In this document: piece after piece, positions 50,682-63,120 of the stretch
How positions within the stretch are numbered: position 1 is the stretch's first letter
How the letters are laid out: each line of letters begins with the position of its first letter
From: Callorhinchus milii
Taxonomy: Eukaryota
NCBI RefSeq assembly: GCF_018977255.1
Contig: NW_024704743.1
Span: 6,636,001 to 6,700,000, forward strand
Direction of reading: 5' to 3'
DNA length: 64,000 nucleotides
Position numbers and translations under genes: made by a program
The notes under the pieces: generated by a model
Seen by the model: the letters and a program-made list of their open reading frames with translations, nothing else
What the model was told of the DNA's origin: nothing
The model's database searches: none

Positions 50682-50905
50682 TCAAAAGTATAATCTGATC
50701 CAAAATTGTTCCTTTTCAATGTTGTTTTCCATTGAAGAGGTTGTTTAAATATGTAGGACGCTTCCTGTGGATGTCTGGAGTTCAAATTCTCTACAAATTC
50801 AATAATGTTGTTCAGCAGAGATTCATTCAAAGGAGTAAATTCTAATTTGCCAAGTCCCGAGCCAGCAGATGTCCATCGAGCCGCTCGTGTTAAAGCTGTT
50901 CCCAT
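50682..50905 (-). CDS. ODAD2: ODAD2/ARMC4 first coding exon (exon extends 5' to 50936 as UTR)
   Basis: Translates MGTALTRAARWTSAGSGLGKLEFTPLNESLLNNIIEFVENLNSRHPQEASYIFKQPLQWKTTLKRNNFGSDYTF, matching the recalled ARMC4 N-terminus ([28 protein letters not shown]...HPQEA). Acceptor cacatag at 50937-50938; donor gtaagt at 50681. 224 coding nt, ends phase 2. Confidence 0.95.
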
Positions 50906-51959
50906 GTTCGTAAGTGACCAAACAGAGCCGCAGTACCTATGTGTGAAAGATATTACTGTGATTATAGGAAAACATAACAAGTTGCTGACAATTTTTTTCC
51001 TTTAATTCAAAATTTACGATTTTTAAGCTTTGCGATAGATTCAAGATTAAGTTGAGTTATTTAGACCTGTCCCTCAACCCAACTTACTACCTTCCTAATG
51101 CTCTAATAATTGTTATGGTTTGCCCTCCTTTTCTAAAATACACAGGAGTTAAATTGGTATTACTTTGTTGAGAGACATTGATAAATTCTTACCATTTGAT
51201 AATTGACACCAAACTTAGTGAACCCATCGATCCTGTCTTACCTTCCATTTATGTGGCCCCATTTCAGAAATCCAACATAATGACATTAATTTGGAAATTT
51301 GGGTGGAGCAGAAGAATCAATTCAGTTGGTATCCTTCTCTGTTCCAGTGAAAGGAGTAGTGTGTCATCATGGGAGTCCCTCAAAATAGATTGCAAAGATG
51401 TGTATGTGTGGGTGGGGGGGGGGGGTTGTCAGGAGGTTCTGACTACCTTCCCACCTGCTGTGCAGCCCCACATAAATCAGATACTTATTGCTTTTTGGTT
51501 TACAAATTTTAAGTCCTAGTAATCTCCTAAAATGAAACAACTGAAGCATTTTGTTTTGGTCAGGGGAACTTCCTGGTGAGCAGCGTTGCTCAAAGTGAAA
51601 TGCACGAGAGCATTGCCACCATCTTCCAGCCCATAGTTTGGACACACATTCTTACCCATTATGCAATGTTTCCGCTTCTGCAAAACTTGAGCAGCAGCAG
51701 CAGCTGCTAACCTGTCAGATCTCCTCAAACCCTACTAATTTGGCTGCTCCTTTCACTTAGCGAGCACCAGCCCCTGCTTTATGTCATCTACTTTACTTGC
51801 TCCACCACTGGCAGGTAAAGCAGGTTCGGCCTTTCCGCCCCCACTCTCTATAATTCCATCCTGATTAACCTGCAATGGAACCTTGCTGTCCTTCAGAGAG
51901 CCAAGAAAGACCAGAGTGCCCTTCGCCCTTTGTAGCACAGTGCTGAAGGACAGTATCCA

Positions 51960-52235
51960 AGAAAAAATTGGGTGTTCATCACAACCCCGAGATACAAACA
52001 GAATCGACATTTGGGACTGATGCACCTTATATCTTCAAATCAATACCCTTCAAATCTCCTCTCGAACCTTGATTCTACGTTTGAGGGCATTCACCATCAT
52101 GCGCCAGAGAGTAACCGAGTTCAAGATGGTGAGTGCAGCGCACAAATTGTGCCTGTCAGCAGCATAATATTGTCTGCAAACAGAAGTACAACAATTCTGC
52201 CAGCAATACCTGACACATACAATCAGTGCATCCTC
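51960..52235 (-). mobile_element. Ancient non-LTR retrotransposon RT fragment
   Basis: Minus-strand VVLLFADNIMLL (LLFADN at 52169-52186), then WRMMVNALK and LYLGVVM (YLG at 51986-51994), in RT motif order with frameshifts. Confidence 0.6.
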
Positions 52236-53674
52236 CTCAATGCCATACAATATATAATAGAAATAATCCTTGCATTTGGTATAGTGCCTTTCATGTCAGG
52301 AGGACGTCCCAAAGTTCATCACAGGATATACAGTGCAGTGGAGTGACTGTGTTTTGTGAGCAAATTTAACATCCACTTGAACAAACATCCAAGGTCTTGG
52401 TTTAACATCTCATCCGAAGGCTGGCACCTCAACAATGCTACATTTGAGTATCAGTTTAGATTATATGAGTTCCAAGTCTCGATGTGGGGCTTGAACCCAC
52501 AACCTTCTGACTCAGAGACAATAATTCTACCAACTGAGCAAGACTGACACATCATAGATAACTACGTTGAATAATAAAACAAATCTTACCCATTCCCCTC
52601 TCTAAGAGTAATATGAAAAGTATATACTGTAAAAATCCTCCTTCTCCAAAACTCTTAACATTCATTTTCAGCAAGTATTTATCCAATTCCCTGAAAGACA
52701 CTACAATTAACTCAATTTCAGCAGACACTGTAATATAGCAATCCAGACTATCATCCTTCTGTGTGTAAAATAAATTATCTACCTCCCTCTTTTTTCTTCT
52801 GGCAATGATTCTCATCCTTGGCAGAGTCTCTTTGGAGCTGAGTTAGCTCCAAAATGCACACCTGCAAATGGAAGATTGAAATCAAGTTCATCTTCTACAG
52901 GACTCAAGGGAACAGTGTTGATGGCAGATCAGTCAGCTTAGCTCATCAGTAGGATTCGGAAAAGACCAGTCATTGGGAGTTTTGAATCTTTCACTTGGCT
53001 CCCAATAACCCTACAAGCCAAATATTCCTAAAGAATATGGTGGTCTTAACTGGGCAAGCAGAGTTTACGGGTTTTCTGCATTATTAGGCTGCATGATTAA
53101 ACGCCAAGAGTATACCTGATCCATATTTTGGATCCCAAACCCTTGGCTCTTGTCGTTCTACACCTAAATTTCCCAGATTTATTCCTCTGAGAAGAGAGTA
53201 CCCACTCCATACCATACACATGTTGAACTCTCAATAGTTTTATTTGGAGACTCTAAAGCATTGTGGTAGGTTTCTATATGCGTAGAGATACTTGACTGCC
53301 CTAAGGAAACGTTCATGCATTACTCAACTCTTCGCAGTAGAAAGTATGAGTGTGAGTTTAAATCTACATCTTTCATCATATTATGCAGCTTAACCTCTTC
53401 TATTTTCCAGTGAAAATGTTTCAGCTATTAAATGAGAGCTCAAAATCTCCAACTTAATTATTTTCCTTTAATTAACACTCTGACATTTCAATTCTCCTTT
53501 GAAGAGAGGCATGGCATAATCTCACATCCCTTCCCATAAACCATCAAAATAATAAATAAATAATAAATCTGAGAACCTTAACCTGTTTAAAACCCCTAAT
53601 ATGTGCAGAGAAGGAAAAAAATGTTCTCAATAAAGAGGCGTTTTGAACTTAATCTCGCAGGAAGTTAAGTACTC

Positions 53675-55118
53675 GTGGTGCATGGAGGAAGGACCAGTGG
53701 TGCAGGGAACAACGGTGTGGCACAGTGAGCAGAGGTCAGTGGTGCAGCCATCAGGGCCCAGTGGCGCAGGGACCAATAGTGCAGTGGACAAGAGCCATTG
53801 GTGCAGGACATGGGGGCCAGAGGAGCAGGGGCCAGAGGAACAAGGGCAAGTGGCGCAGGGAGCAAGGGACAGTAGTAACGGAACAGGGCCCAGTAGGGCA
53901 AGGGGGATAGGCCAGTAGTACAGAGAGCAGGGTCTGGTGCCAATGAGAGGAGAAGCTTCTGGCACAGGTTATAATTGTGCAGGATTGTGTAGGGAGCAAA
54001 GGCCAGAGGTGCAGGGAGCAGGTGCCAGTGGTGTAGGGATACAGGGACCATTGTTATATGGACTGGGTACCAGTCGTGCAGGGAGCTGGGCCAGTGGGAG
54101 AGGGGCAAGTGGTGCTTGGAGCAGCAGATAGGGGCATAGATGGCAGGGGCCAATGGTGCAGGGGGCAGGAATTAGTGGCGCTGGAAAGAGAGGCCTCTGA
54201 CACAGATGCTGGTTGTGCAGGATGTGCAGGGAGCAAGGGCCAGAGATGTAGGGAGAAGGTGCGGTGGAGCAAGTCCAAGGGCATAGGGAGTGGGTGCTGG
54301 TGACACAAGGAACCAGTGGTGCAGGGAATGGACACAAGTAGCGCTGGAAGCGGGTGCCACTGGTGTCGAAAGGATGGTCAGTGGCACAGCCACAGGGAAT
54401 AGTGTTGCAGGGAGCAGGTGCCAGTGTTGAAGGGAGCAGGGGCTAGTGACATTGGGGCCAGTGGCACAGACAGCAGGGATCAGGGTTTCAGGAAACAGCG
54501 ATGCAGGAAGCAGTGGCTGATGGCACAAGGAGAAGAGGCTGGGGGCATGGGGATAAGCAGCCTGTGGCGCACGGAGAAGGGGTCTGTGGCATTAGGAGGA
54601 AAGGCCCCCTGGCACAGATGCTTTTTGTGTTGGATTGTGCCAGTTGCACAGTGCAGCAAGTACTAGAGTATAGGCAGTGAGTGCTAGTGACACAAGGAAC
54701 AGGTACAGTGCCAATGGTACAGGGAGTGGAATCCACAGACGCAGGAAGGATGGTAAAGCTGTAAAGAGAGTGGGTACCAGTGGGGTAGGAAGCAAATGCC
54801 AGAGCGCAGCGGAGTGGGTTCTCGTAGCTTAGGAAGCGGATGCTAGTGGCACAGGGAGCACGGCCCCTAGTACTAGGAGCAGAGGGCCAGTGATGCCTAG
54901 GGAGCAGTGCCAGTGCTGCAGCAGAGCTCCTCCCAGTGGCAAAGGGCCTCCCAATGGTGAAAGGAGCTGGTGGTAGTGACTGGGGTGCCAGTGGTGCACA
55001 GGAAGCTGCTGCTACTGGTGTACACGGGTTGGCACAGACAGCAAAGATCAGGAACATAGACCGCGGCACCAGTGGCACAGGGACTGGATACCAGTGAAAC
55101 AGATCTCGGTGGTTCCAG
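53675..55118. repeat. Degenerate tandem repeat (CAGTGGYRCAGGGAGC-like) continuous with the minisatellite
   Basis: Recurring ccagtggtgcaggga / agtggcacaggga motifs. Confidence 0.85.
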
Positions 55119-56046
55119 GAGCGGGTGGCAGCGAGCGGGTGGCAGGGAGTGGGTGGCAGGGAATGGGTGGCAGTGGCAGGGAGTGGGTGGCAGGGAATGG
55201 GTGGCAGTGGCAGGGAGTGGTTGGCAGGGAATGGGTGGCAGGGAGCAGGTAGCAGTGGCAGGGGATGGGTGGCAAGGAGTGGGTGGCAGGGATCGGGTGA
55301 CAGAAAGCGGGTGGCAGGGAGCGAGTAGCAGTGGCAGGGGATGGGTGGCAAGGAATGGGTGGCAGGGAGCGGGTAGCAGTGGCAGGGAATGGGTGGCAAG
55401 GAGTGGGCGGCAGGGCGCGGGTAGCAGAGAGCGGGTGGCAGGGAGCGGGTGGCAGGGAGCGGGTGGCAGAGAGCGGGTGGCAGGGAGCGGGTGGCAGAGA
55501 GCGGGTGGCAGAGAGCGGGTGGCAGGGAGCGGGTGGCAGGGAGCGGGTGGCAGGGAGCGTGTGGCAGGGAGGGAGCGGGTGGCAGGGAGCGGGTGGCAGG
55601 GAGCGGGTGACAGAGAGCGGGTGACAGAGAGCGGGTGGCAGGGAGCGGGTGGCAGGGAGGGAGCGGTGGCAGGGAGCGGGTGGCAGGGAGCGGGTGGCAG
55701 GGAGGGAGCGGGTGGTAGGGAGCGGGTGGCAGGGAGCGGGTGGCAGGGAGCGGGTGGCAGGGAGGGAGCGGGTGGCAGGGAGCGGGTGGCAGGGAGCGGG
55801 TGGCAGAGAGCGGGTGGCAGGGAGCGGGTGGCAGGGAGCGGGTGGCAGGGAGCGCGGGTGGCAGGGAGCGGGTGGCAGGGAGGGAGCGGGTGGCAGGGAG
55901 CGGGTGGCAGGGAGGGAGCGGGTGGCAGGGAGGGAGCGGGTGGCAGGGAGCGGGTGACAGAGAGCGGGTGACAGAGAACGGGTGGCAGGGAGCGGGTGAC
56001 AGAGAGCGGGTGACAGAGAGCGGGTGGCAGGGAGCGCGGGTGGCAG
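55119..56046. repeat. G-rich minisatellite, 14-bp unit GGGAGCGGGTGGCA with variants
   Basis: Directly visible tandem array. Variants include GAGAGCGGGTGGCA, GAGAGCGGGTGACA and 18-bp GGGAGGGAGCGGGTGGCA. Confidence 0.97.
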
Positions 56047-56327
56047 TGGCGGCGAGTGCCAACGAGTGAGGCGAGGCCGCGGCTGGGTAAGCTGCCAGCT
56101 CCCCCCCCCCTCTCCACCCCCCCACCCCCCCCATCAAACCCCCTCTGACAAGAGACGCGTCGTTGTGAGGTGGCGCCCGGCGCGGGGCGCAGGAGCCCCC
56201 ACCCCCTCCCCCCTCCCCACCCCCACCGGCTGTGTTACTCGGTGCATTCATCACAAGCCCTTTTACCGTTACTCTCTCCGAGCTCCGAGGCGACGGGCGG
56301 CCCAGACTCCACGGCGGGTTGTGACCG

Positions 56328-56342
56328 GTTGCCCAGGGAGAC
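56328..56342. promoter_or_regulatory. RFX X-box
   Basis: GTTGCC-CAG-GGAGAC (minus strand GTCTCC-CTG-GGCAAC). Confidence 0.65.
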
Positions 56343-56360
56343 GCGCGCCTGCGCCTGCGC
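56343..56360. promoter_or_regulatory. NRF1-type site between the X-boxes
   Basis: GCGCGCCTGCGCCTGCGC contains overlapping GCGCCTGCGC motifs. Confidence 0.55.
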
Positions 56361-56380
56361 CCCAACGGCCAGCCCCCTCG

Positions 56381-56394
56381 GTTGCTTAGGTTAC
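56381..56394. promoter_or_regulatory. RFX X-box
   Basis: GTTGCTTAGGTTAC; minus strand GTAACC-TA-AGCAAC fits GTNRCC-n-RGYAAC exactly. Expected at a motile-cilia gene. Confidence 0.8.
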
Positions 56395-56869
56395 CGTTTC
56401 AAACGCCTCGCGCCTCGGCCCTGGGCCGGCGCGGTCCCCCAGCGGTGAGGGGAGGCGACCGGCACAAGTGACCGGTCCGGGGCAGAAGGAGCCCCAGCGA
56501 GTTCCCTCGCCGCTCTTTCCCTGAGCGGACTCCAGCTCGCTGTTGGGTGGTTGGGTTGGGTTTTTTTTTTTGGTGACTGACACGTGTCTGAACCCCACCC
56601 TACACCCCCCAACCCCCCCCCCACCCCAAACCCCCCACCCCCCCCAACCCCCACCCCACCCCCCCCCCACCCTTCACCAAGGCTGAGGAGTCTCCAAACC
56701 CGGCTGCGCATCTTGTTTTTGCCGTCTGCCACCCACAGTGTCCCGGCCGCCCGCCCGCCCGCCCGCGCTCTCCCGCCGCCCGTTGAAAAAGCGTCGGGGT
56801 GCGGGTTTACGGGTGGTACGGGGAAAAACGGACCGGCCATTCGCACACCCACTTCCCCCCCCCCCCCGC

Positions 56870-57356
56870 CCACCCACCCCGCGCGCACCCCGATCGCCCC
56901 GGTCCTCGCCAGACTGCGCCGGCTGCCCGTCCCCAGAGAGAGGATCGATTCGAAAGATCCTCACCCTTGTACTCAAGTCCCTCCACTCCTCTGCACCCCC
57001 CCCCCCCCCCACCACCCCTCAACCTCTCTGACCTCCTCTCTCTTCAAAGCAGTGCCCGGTCGCCTTCGTTCCTCCGGGTCTGGCCTCCTCCTCGTCCCCC
57101 GAGTCCTCCGCTCCACCTTCGGAGGCCGTGCCTTCAGCCACTACCTCCCGAGTCTCCGGAACGCCCTTCCTCACCCCCTTCGCCTCGCCCCCTCCCTTCC
57201 CATTTTCAGGTCTCTGCTGAAGACCTTTCATTTCGACAGCGCCTTTGGTCACCTTACCCCCCCCCCTCCGGCTCGGCCCGGGGATCCGTTACTGTGAAGC
57301 GCTCTGAGACACCATTCAGCGTGGAGGGCGCTATATAAATCCAAGTTGTTGTTGTT
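56870..57356 (+). mobile_element. CpG-rich L2 3' end at the edge of the CpG island
   Basis: PIAPVLARLRRLP...FGGRAFSHY...LKTFHFD and a (GTT)n tail. Confidence 0.9.
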
Positions 57357-57995
57357 GACACTCTACACTCTACACATCCTTGCATTTGATTTAGCTGCCT
57401 TATCACGTGGTTGAGAACGTCTCAAAGTGCTTCACAGGATTCACCGGAAAGCGGATTGACCCTGTATTTTCTGGGCCAAAACGAACGTACCCACAACTTG
57501 AATTTATATAGCGCAATTCAGGCTTGAACACTCAACAGAAGCCTTCTACTCTGCGCTCCTATACCTCTCTATTTCCCTTCTCCCTCATGTATGCGTTGGT
57601 AAGAGCTAAGGACCCCAGAGTATGCATAAAGGATACTGCTGGAATTTAACCAGCAAAAAACTTCATAGCACTGTCCATTGTGAGCACTGTCTGACAAGCT
57701 TCCTGCCACTTGCCCAGCTAGGACCACTCACTGGGGCTTTGGCTCCTGCCATCCATGACTGTTTTGCTCCTCCAAGCGCGGCTGTCTAGCCACATTTGTC
57801 ATCAACAATGCCTTTGGAGTACTGTAGATCTGCCTAGATCATTAACTGCTCGACTGAGATTGCTGTAGAGGATATGTTTCGAATTTCTTTGAACTAAACT
57901 GCATTATTTTTGGATCGTCAAATTTATACTCGAAGTCTACCCATTCATTTTTTTTTACTGTACATATCACCTTGAAAGAACGTGGACTCGGCTAC

Positions 57996-58010
57996 GTTGC
58001 CTGGGGAGAC
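57996..58010. promoter_or_regulatory. Distal RFX X-box
   Basis: GTTGCC-TGG-GGAGAC; both half sites identical to the box at 56328. Confidence 0.55.
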
Positions 58011-59039
58011 ACCAAGGAAATGAGAGGCTCATCTTCACTGGAAAGGGTGGGGAGAAATTGAGAGACGGTTCTCCTCGATCACCTGGTGCACCACCAGGTA
58101 ACTTCTGTATCGAGCAATTCAGGCAGAGAATTGGGTAAAAATAATCATCCTTTATTACATGGCACCGATGAGGGTGAAAAAGAAATATGAAAAAATCTGG
58201 TGAGGAAGAGTTAAAGTTATCCTCCACAGTTTTACAATTTCTCACACTCAATGGTAAATAGACTGACACCACCTCAAGACAACTTTTTTTTAATTGAGCT
58301 GCAAGTCTTTTTATGTTGGACTTATATTTAGAAAAGTATAATTTTCATCTTGGCACCAAGAATATGTTTCCAAGGTCTTTTCAGTTATGTTACATAATCC
58401 TTTTCAATGTGGTCTGTTGACAATTCCAGTCACCCCACTGTTCACCGGAAATTTATAACGCCCAAAAATTCTTCAAGCTAATATTTTGCTTTTTCCCAAA
58501 CTAATGTCAAAATGACAGAGGTATTGAACTTGAACTAGAAGGATTTTTAATTGCTAGTGCAAACTGTTATGCTTCACTTGTTTTCTTTTGGTAGAGTTAA
58601 ATAAAATACTGTATGGTAATCCATAATTATTATAAATGTCACCCTCCATTCCAAAATACTTCTCTGTGTTGCTCACTTTGAGACCAAACGTATATTCCAT
58701 GTATTTTAACTAACTGATACAGCTTAGGGAAGTAACCTACAGGGATTTGAATGTTTCAAAAAGGCCAGAAAAAGAAAGGCAGGGGTTGAGTGGCATTGTT
58801 CATTAGGGAGGGATTAAGTGTAACTGAGGAAAATAATGTTGAATCAGCACTGAATCTCTTTGATAGGAAGTAAAATACAGTAAGGGAAAAGGTCGGGATA
58901 GGAATATGGCCACAAACAATCAGAAGGAGATGGTTGTATTGCTACGGCAGGTCATAAAACAGATGATTGTTCAGTTTCAGCGCTCTGAGACGCGACCGTG
59001 AGTGAAGGGCAAAATTCAAGTAGCTGTTGTAATTGTTGG

Positions 59040-59745
59040 TCAACCTGGAGGGATGCATATCTAATTCTAGAAACTTATTAGACAGAGATTGGTGAAAACC
59101 AAGGTTTGGGGCACCCAGACTGTGCATTCGGGTACTTCTGGAGTTCAGCCATCTAAAATCGCAGAGCTTACCATCGAGAGCACTGTCTGGCAAGCTTTCC
59201 GCTGCTTGGCGACCTAGGACTACCCTACCTGGTAGGGCTTTGGCTTGCACATTAATAGTAGCTAAGTGGAAATAATCCCTGCTCCCAAAGTCTGGTCTGC
59301 CACTCCAAGATCTGCTGCTGAAACAGGTTGGCTGGCCTTTCCTCAACAGCGCCCTGGAGTACTACAGACCCACATGTCTCATTAATTGGACAACTGAGCC
59401 TGCCAGAGGATTGATTCGATTCCAATATTCTGTTGCCAAGCACATTACCTTGGAGGCAGCTCAACTCTAAGGAGACCCTCTCACTTTCTTTTGAAGGAGG
59501 ATAATCACTAGTTCGTTATTTGACCACTGACATGTGAAAATTTGAGCCTTCACGAGGTGGATGGCAGGGGCAAGCACCAGGGAATTCATGCAATCTTTCC
59601 AGTGACTAGAACAGCTCACAGCATCAAATATGTGAGAGCAGTGTCAACATCTCCTGCCTGCAATTCGGACATGCATTTCTATCCATTGAGTGATGGTTCT
59701 ACCAGTTGGAGGTAAGTGATGTGAGTGAGTGGAGCTTGAGTGATA
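59040..59745 (+). mobile_element. Unclassified ancient interspersed repeat
   Basis: Inverse of 34400-35080. Confidence 0.7.
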
Positions 59746-60010
59746 TTAACTGGAAAGGATAAGTTTAAAACTCAAATTTCCTTGGTTCAGGTTGCCCTCA
59801 CTGGTTTCTCTACAATAAATGTGTTCATTGGCTTGTAGTTTCTTAGGTTATCTCTTTGTCCTTCATTATACATTGCCATTATGTTCTTTCTCCAATCTTC
59901 AGGCACTACTCCTGTTTCCAATGAATCCCCAAACATACCTACCAAAAATAGTTAATTTCATATAAGCACTTGATCCAGTCCGAGTGCCTTGCTCTCCTTT
60001 AGTGCCTTTA

Positions 60011-60322
60011 TAATAATAATAATCCTTGCATTTGAGATAGCGCCTTATCACATCTTCTAGATATCTCAAAGCACTTCACAGATTATACTGTAAAGTGAAT
60101 TGACCGTTTATTTGTGGGTGAAAAGTGGCAGCCGTTTGCGCACAGCAGTGTTCCACAAACAGTCGTGGATTGAAGTGACCAATTTATTATTGGTTTTTTT
60201 CTTGAGGGATTATTATTAGGCATGTGGACTAAGGAAACTTGCCCATAATTTTGCCCTGCCATGAATTGAACCCAGATCTGTCACTTGCGAGGCAAGTACT
60301 CTAACCACTGAGCTACAGGACA
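60011..60322 (-). mobile_element. tRNA-Ala DeuSINE
   Basis: Family match. Confidence 0.9.
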
Positions 60323-60752
60323 CTGTCATAATTTTTCCATCATTTCATTCGTTATTCCTATTATTCCAGCAGAGAATAAAATCCACTAGCTTGCCAAAGC
60401 CAGAAAATTTACTAAGAAGAGGAATATTTTCCCCTGAGAGACAAGTACAAAATATAGCAGTATTCAATTATAACCCGTTTCACTATAACATAGGTTCATT
60501 TATAGTCCAATTGGGCTGTGGACCCCAACATTTACATACCAAAACATCCTAATTGCAGACAGAAAGTCTTCCAGCTAATCAACTTTTTGAAGCAAGCTGT
60601 TTTTCTATGCTTGCTTCAAAATATACATGGTGAATGTAAATGTTGATTTCTCCAAATCCTTTTGTCAAATGTGGCATGCCGTTTTTACCATCAACATCCC
60701 AAAACAACAGAGGTCGGAGGAAATTAATTTAATTAGGGATGAATGATGGTCA

Positions 60753-61050
60753 GAACAACAACAACTTGCATTTATATAGCACCCCTCATGCAGGGTAGTG
60801 TCCCAGAACACTTGACAGTGGTGGAGCACAATGCCGGTGGGAGGGGAGGTGACTGTAGGCAGGATCAAATAGGAATGTCTTCAGGTGCAACCTGAAGGTG
60901 GGGAAGAAAGTGGCAAGATAGAGGGATAGAGGAAAAATATTCCAGAGTTTTGGGGAGTAGTGCCTGAAAGTACAGCCACCAATCATGGAACGGAGGGCAT
61001 GAGTGGCATGCAGAAGGCTGGTGCCAGTCAAGCAGAGGACGCGGGTTGTG
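60753..61050 (-). mobile_element. L2 3' end
   Basis: IGGCTFRHYSPKLWN...LKTFLFD. Confidence 0.85.
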
Positions 61051-61944
61051 GAACACGTTAGATTTCTACTGGAAAATAAATGGAAATTTCCAAAATTAAG
61101 GAGAGTGGAAAATAAGACAAAGAAAGAGGGGAAGAAAGTAAAAATGTCAACAAAAATTAAAGGCAGAGAGATGGGGAGCTTAGATCCAGAACAGCAGCCC
61201 ATGCACAAACACAAAGAGGCTTAGCCAATAGTTAATGATGTCAACTATTGATTAACGGTATTACTGATGTTGCCTGTCTAATATCATCTGTCTTAGCATA
61301 AACTGAAAATTGAATCTCGGACCTTAAGGTCTGTAAGGCTCAATTGTATTTCAGGCAGTGGCTTTACTAGCTGAGCCATCAGGCAGAAGAAGACAGGCAG
61401 GTTGAAACTAATGGTCTTTTCCTGCTCTCAAAATTTCTTACATTCTCATTAGAATAAGGTGCCAAATGGAGGCTAGGCACTATCCCACAGGCAAGTGAAG
61501 ACAAATTGGAAAGTGAATGCCCTGAGCCAACTTTTCTTGAACACGTATTAAAAACTGGTTACAGAGCAGAAAAGGCCTTGGAGCAGACTACTGTATTTGG
61601 CTAATATTTCAGACAGCACAAGACTTGGAAGAGGGAGGAACTAACTGAATGAGAATTGTTTTAATGGACCAAACATTCAAGCAATAATCTACTTCATAAA
61701 CATAGAAAATTTAAGCTTGGCAGCTCTAAGTACAGTACATTTCTATAGTTTTAAATATGGCATACAACAACCACAATAAATTACATTTCATTTTGGGAGA
61801 ACGTCAGCTATTTCTAAAGTTTTTTTCAAATATATATATATATATAGAGAGAGAGATGTTTTGTGAATTATTGTTCATTTGACTGCATGGTACCTGAGGA
61901 AGAGTATAGTTCCACCATCCACAAGGTAAGGTTAATCCAAAATG

Positions 61945-62612
61945 CGTACTCCACTCCTCTGCTTGCTCCCTCTACTTAGCTAACAGAGGTCTGCTGCCCA
62001 TGTCCTTTCCCCTCCGCTCCACCATTAATGGTTGAGCCTTCAGTCACTATGAAGGCTCATAATAATCCCTCCAAAACAAGAAAACAAAAATAAATTGGTC
62101 ATTTTCAATCTACGACTGTTTGTGGGACATTGCTGTGCGCAATTGGCTGCCGCGTTCGCCCACAAATATACAGTCAATTCACTTTACAGTGTGTTCTGTG
62201 AAGCGCTTTGGGACATCCTTCCGACGTGAAAAGCGCTATATCAAATGCAAGGATTATTATTATTATTATTATTGCTGTGCGCAATTGGCTGCCGTGTTCG
62301 CCCACAAATATAGTCAATTCACTTTACAGTATATTCTGTGAAGCGCTTTGGGACATCTAGCAGACGTGAAAAGCGCTATATCAAATGCAAGGATTATTAT
62401 TATTATGTTTCTCACCTCTGAAACTCCTTGCCTCTATCCCTCCATTTTGCCCCCTTTCTTGCTGTCTTTAAACCCCTCTTAAAGCCTGCCTCTTCAATCA
62501 CATCTATAATCATCTCCCCTCCCTCTTCTCCCTTGATTAGTATCAACCCACACAGTGAAGTGTTCTGAGACACTATCCTATGTGAAGAACACTATATAAA
62601 TGCAAATTGCTG
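61945..62612 (+). mobile_element. Old L2 3' end interrupted by tandem SINE 3' halves (62059-62405)
   Basis: Two SINE tails in tandem inside the L2. Confidence 0.85.
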
Positions 62613-63120
62613 TATATTTATGTATTCAATTTGTTGCTGTGATAGTACACACTCTGGGAGCAATGTGTATTTAAGGATTGAAGAAAATTAACCTGTTCTC
62701 CAATCATCGTCATGACTAGTTACTATTGAGTGATATTCAAATTAGCTTTCACCATCAGGTTTCAATTACCCATTCTTACCAATGGGAAACTGACAGTGAC
62801 CCACAGCAAATATTCTTCCTGCTTGACAACTGAGTAATGTCTTGCAGGAAATTTGGGTCTGCCTCATTTACTTGGCATTTGGATCGAAAAGAGGTAACGC
62901 AGCGATTTAAGTTATATAAATAGAGAAGGGCTACCATATTGGAATTAATTTAATTAAAAAATTATCCATTAGTAAAATTCTGCTTAGAGAAGACAGATGT
63001 CAGCCTAAGCAAAGTCAAAAAGATATCACTGTACCACACATTAGACTTTTAATTATATTTTTAATTATAGTAATAATATAATTAAAATATATACTGGACT
63101 AATGGATATACTACAGGACT

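Larger units (their letters stand above)
56040..56980. promoter_or_regulatory. CpG island, probable ODAD2 promoter with non-coding exon 1
   Basis: Dense CpG/GC-rich island in an AT-rich, CpG-poor window, about 5 kb 5' of the first coding exon. Candidate minus-strand donor AACG|gtaaaa with exon end at 56267. Confidence 0.8.

Noticed and set aside
55119..56046. CRISPR-like array
   Set aside because: Contiguous tandem units with no unique spacers, in a eukaryotic context.
54488..56365. 625-aa and overlapping long ORFs
   Set aside because: They are translations of the minisatellite, open in several frames on both strands, with no splice or homology support.
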